This document shows, one piece after another, positions 60,024 to 64,000 of a stretch of 64,000 bases of DNA. The notes beneath the pieces are model-generated. The model was given only the letters and a program-made list of their open reading frames with translations. It was not told where the DNA came from and made no database searches. Made by a program: the position numbers and the translations under genes. Every line of letters begins with the position of its first letter. Within the stretch, counting starts at the first letter, position 1. Source of the DNA: Eledone cirrhosa (taxonomy: Eukaryota); NCBI GenBank assembly GCA_964016885.1, contig OZ024751.1, forward strand, positions 44,330,001 to 44,394,000, in the 5' to 3' direction.

Positions 60024-60220
60024 AACGAAGGAAGTGCGGTAAGGAACCAGATGGACCATAACGCACCAGAGTACTCAATACTTAGGGTAGTAGAGTGGGT
60101 AATAGGAAAATGTTTAACCCCATCGGCAGAGCTCAAGCCGTTTCGACGGCTATTTCTGGAGTCCAGAAATAGCCGTCGAAACGGCTTGAGCTCAGCCGTC
60201 GCGGTTAAACATTTTCCTAT
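60024..60220 (-). mobile_element. Fold-back element family B
   Basis: Tail plus palindrome 60102-60220; (TA)n flanks. Confidence 0.8.
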
Positions 60221-60232
60221 ATATACTGTATA

Positions 60233-60298
<66 letters not shown>

Positions 60299-60495
60299 CA
60301 TATATATATACACAGACATAAGCACGTGCAAATGTGTGTGTGTGTGTGTGTGTGTAGACGCATATGTGCAAGTATGTGCACAATTCCATAAAGCACGCAT
60401 TTATGTTTAACAGGTTCTACATGTAAACATAGATTTAGAGCGGTCTGTTGTGTCTGTGTGTTCGTTTCTTGATTACCACTCACAACCACTAAATG

Positions 60496-60526
<31 letters not shown>

Positions 60527-60588
60527 CGGAATATTTACGTAGAATAGACACATTTGAAGATGAGGATGTGCATTATACAGGTAATACC

Positions 60589-60661
<73 letters not shown>

Positions 60662-60828
60662 ATCTACGTATATATGTAAGGATGGGTGAGTGCTTAAGGA
60701 GTTCACTCAGGAACCAATTATTTCCGGGTTCAATCCCGCTCTATGGCAACATGAGTGTCAAGTTCTATAGCCTCTGGTGGATCAATGTCATTTGAATAGA
60801 ATTTAGCAGGAAACTGCAGAAGCTGATC

Positions 60829-61098
60829 GTGAGTGTGTGGGAGGGTGAGTGTGTGGGAGGGTGAGTGTGTGGGAGGGAGGGTGAGTGTGTGGGAGGGAGG
60901 GTGAGTGTGTGGGAGGGAGGGTGAGTGTGTGGGAGGGAGGGTGAGTGTGTGGGAGGGAGGGTGAGTGTGTGGGAGGGAGGGTGTGTGGGAGGGAGGGTGA
61001 GTGTGTGGGAGGGAGGGTGAGTGTGTGGGAGGGAGAGTGAGTGTGTGGGAGGGAGAGTGAGTGTGTGGGAGGGAGGGCGCGTGGGAGGGAGGGCGCGT
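60829..61098 (+). repeat. 20-bp G-rich minisatellite GGGAGGGAGGGTGAGTGTGT
   Basis: About 13 units with up to three GGG tracts each. Confidence 0.92.
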
Positions 61099-61380
61099 GT
61101 ATAGCTATCTAAGTTGGTGTGTAAGTGTTTATGACAGTAAATTATGGGATCGACAAAAAGCGATCGATATACTATGTAGTAGACTTGAAAAAAAAAGTAC
61201 TAAGGTCGATATGATGATCTGATCGATTAAATCTAAGAGGTATCCCGCAGCGTACTCACAAACAATATATATATAAATTGAATCCAACCCCCACCACACC
61301 CCCCACTCCCAAGAGCGTGAACCTAATAAACTTTTATTTGTACTGCCTCTCTGTTTTTGTTCCCGTCCAAGTTTTCACTT

Positions 61381-61414
<34 letters not shown>

Positions 61415-61416
61415 AA

Positions 61417-61605
61417 TAATTGTTTCTACTTGTGGCACAAGGCCAGCAGTTACCCAGTACATTACTGGTACTTTATTTTATCGACCCCCGTAAGGATGAA
61501 AGGCAAAGTTAACCTCGGCGAGATTTGAACTCAGAACGTAAAGGGACGTAACTATGCTAGAAAGAATGGCGTCCGACTCTACCGATACTGCCAATTTACC
61601 AGCCC
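61417..61605 (-). mobile_element. Family-1 SINE
   Basis: Same consensus, near full length. Confidence 0.85.
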
Positions 61606-61610
61606 TTGCC

Positions 61611-61790
61611 AATAATAATAAATTTGAAGACTAAAATCCAAAGAGGGCTCGATAAGGATAAATATATATCAAATATATAAGAACCCTAGTGCAAATATTT
61701 ATTAAAATTACAGATTAAAGTTTAAGCAAAGAAGATCCCGTTAAGGATGAAAGCAGCGATTCTTTGCTGAAACTTTAACCTGTTATTTCA
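61611..61790 (-). mobile_element. Fold-back element family D
   Basis: TGAAGACTAAAATCCAAAG tail and ACAGATTAAAGTTTAAGCAAAGAA...TTCTTTGCTGAAACTTTAACCTGT arms around GAAGATCCCGTTAAGGATGAAAG. Confidence 0.7.
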
Positions 61791-61888
61791 ATATATATAT
61801 ATATATATATACAGGTGTATCTGCGTGTGTACGGTTTTATGTAGGACATCTCAACAGGTGTACGAGTATAATATCCTACATCCTATTT

Positions 61889-61920
<32 letters not shown>

Positions 61921-62085
61921 CTCCTACCTATGCACATGCTTTGTGAGTTCAAAATATACCGTGAATTACATGGACGGTAGATTTAGTTAGTGATTCGATT
62001 TAACATCACAGGCTTTTTACCCAGGTTTCTCGTCTGTGGATACCATCTTCACCCACTCTCTTACCTATGTATGGAGTATATATAT

Positions 62086-62382
62086 ATATTCATTTTATAA
62101 TAGCAATGACTTCTACAGGACTTGAACTGTTTCATTCGTAAAAAAACATCCGGAAAGTCAGATAATTTTTGTCAGATTATTTCTAAGAACATTATAGATA
62201 CCGAAACTGACAAAAATTATTTGACTTTCCGGATGATGTTTTTTTACGAATGAAAACGAATGAAACAGTTCTAGTCCTGTAGAAGTCATTTCTATAATAA
62301 AATGAATATACCTATAATCTACTAACGTTTTAAGTACATTTTTTGACAGTGGTCACCTCCTGGTTTACACCGGGATTCTACA
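62086..62382 (+). mobile_element. Fold-back element family C (long arms)
   Basis: Roughly 90-nt imperfect inverted arms 62086-62310; tail ends TTTACACCGGGATTCTACA. Confidence 0.75.
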
Positions 62383-63683
62383 CACACACACACATTGCAA
62401 AACGGACAGTCCCTTCTACGTCAACCTCCGTAAATCACTATAGTTTCAATGCATCAACATTCCTTCCTCTGTTGAGACGTCTAACTAAAGTTAGACACAC
62501 AAGTTGTGCCTTTCGGTGAATTACACAGCTAAAGATAGCTTTGGGGGTATTTGTTTCAGCTTTCTGCTCTCCGAGTTCAAATCACACCCAAGTCAACTTT
62601 GCTTTTCATACATTCCATGTCGACGAAAAAGTACGAGTCAAGTACTGGGGTCGATTCTTCTACTGTAACTCTTTCTCACTTCCATTGACTCCTCTGTTCT
62701 TTTATGGAAGAAATCTTTTTGTATTCAGACCCGGAGATGTGATAGGTTTCGCCAGATTTAGAATACGCCCTAGAAACGCCGTATATCAATATACATACAT
62801 AATATTCATACATAAACACACACATATACAACTATATATAGAGTTGTATGATTTAGATATTTTAAAGAATAAAAAAAATACTATATTTTTGAAGGAACAT
62901 GAAAAATATGTCTTCAGGTAAACGATAATATGATTACTAAAATATGGACAATTTTAGGTCAATACTAGTTGTACAAAGTTACTTTTGCACATCCAGTAGT
63001 TGCATCCATCTTACCTGGTACTAAATTCCGCAAATAAAAAAAAAATGCTTCCGACGACGAATCCAATTGTTTGTTTCGTTATTTATAAAAATTTAACCTC
63101 TCAATTCATCCCTTAAATAATTGAATATTCTAACCCTCCCACTCTTCCTTATTTTCTTACCCTGTCTACAACCTCCCCCCATTCTCTCTCCCCCTCTCTC
63201 TCTCTGTTTCCCTCCCCCACACGCATTCTATAAGCTCACTTCCTTCCCTTTTCTGTAACCTCTCACACTCTTACTCTTTTTACAACTTCATGCATTTTCT
63301 CTATTTCTTTCTCTCTTTTTCAGTCTCACTTTCACCTATGTCACATCACTCTCTCACTTTGTTACTCTCTCTCTCTACATCATATCCTCTGCCTATCATA
63401 TCACATCACTCTCTCTCTCTCAATCATACCCTCAATAAACTGCATTTCTTGGACATCTTTTATACCTGGCTGAGCCCATCTCCTCTCCACGTCTGAATAC
63501 AGCAGATTTCTTCCAGAGAAAGATAAAAGGTGAGATAGAGATATAGAGGAAGAATGGACGCCCGTACTAAACTGCTACTAAAAGGATGAAAGACAAAGTT
63601 GTCCTCGGTGGGATTCGAACTTGAGCCCGAACGAATACCTCAAAACATTCTATCCGACGTTCTAATCTTATGTTTATTATTAT

Positions 63684-64000
63684 GGTAGATTGGCAGTATG
63701 GGTTGAGGGTCGGACGCCATGTTTGACGCATAGAGTTACGGCCCTTGCCATTCTGAGTTCAAATTCCGCTGAGGTTAACTTTGCCTTTCATCCTTACGGG
63801 GTCGATAAAATAAAGTACCAGTAATGCACTGGGATAATTGTTGGCCTTGTGCCAAAAGTAGAAACAACTATTATCTTATTTTATATCTTGGCAGAATTGG
63901 TAGAGCATCGGACAACATGCTCTGTGACATATAGTTACGGCCCTTTACGTTCTAAGTTCAAATTCTGATGAAGTTAACTTTGCCTGTCATCCTTACGGGA
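63684..64000 (+). mobile_element. Two family-1 SINEs (second runs off the window)
   Basis: TGGCAGTATGGG..GAGTTCAAATTCC..GCCTTTCATCCTTACGGGGTCGATAAAATAAAGTACCAG. Confidence 0.85.

Noticed and set aside
63005-63080. Minus-strand donor CAG|GTAAGA
   Set aside because: An isolated splice-like site without an ORF or a clear acceptor.
63684-63775. tRNA genes at A/B-box sites
   Set aside because: These are SINE heads continuing into SINE bodies, with no cloverleaf.

Overview
Eukaryotic, very microsatellite-rich genomic DNA. The (TA)n/(CA)n load and the tRNA-derived SINE families point to an octopod cephalopod (inference, not database-checked). The only well-supported protein-coding gene is a minus-strand class-II SAM-dependent O-methyltransferase of the ASMT/HIOMT family. 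I reconstruct it from 7 GT-AG coding exons (34913-34815, 14854-14686, 13171-13031, 12646-12257, 12060-11920, 11087-10965, 10138-9915; 1287 nt, 428 aa) with a ~20 kb first intron. The protein has a ~70-aa Asn/Gly/Thr-rich insertion and altered acceptor-pocket residues. A young 5'-truncated Tx1/L1-clade LINE sits in a (GATA)n tract in one intron. The remainder is SINEs, two MITEs and mini/microsatellites, and almost all long ORFs in the track are repeat artefacts. The most unusual signal is a set of at least three families of short fold-back (palindromic) elements inserted in (TA)n tracts. Their arms co-vary within each copy, two families share a GTATTGAGTAC tail motif, and they carry or abut hammerhead-ribozyme motifs (complete type-I folds at 55056-55110 and 18357-18445, both minus strand). 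This fits a non-autonomous, Penelope-like, ribozyme-associated retroelement system.
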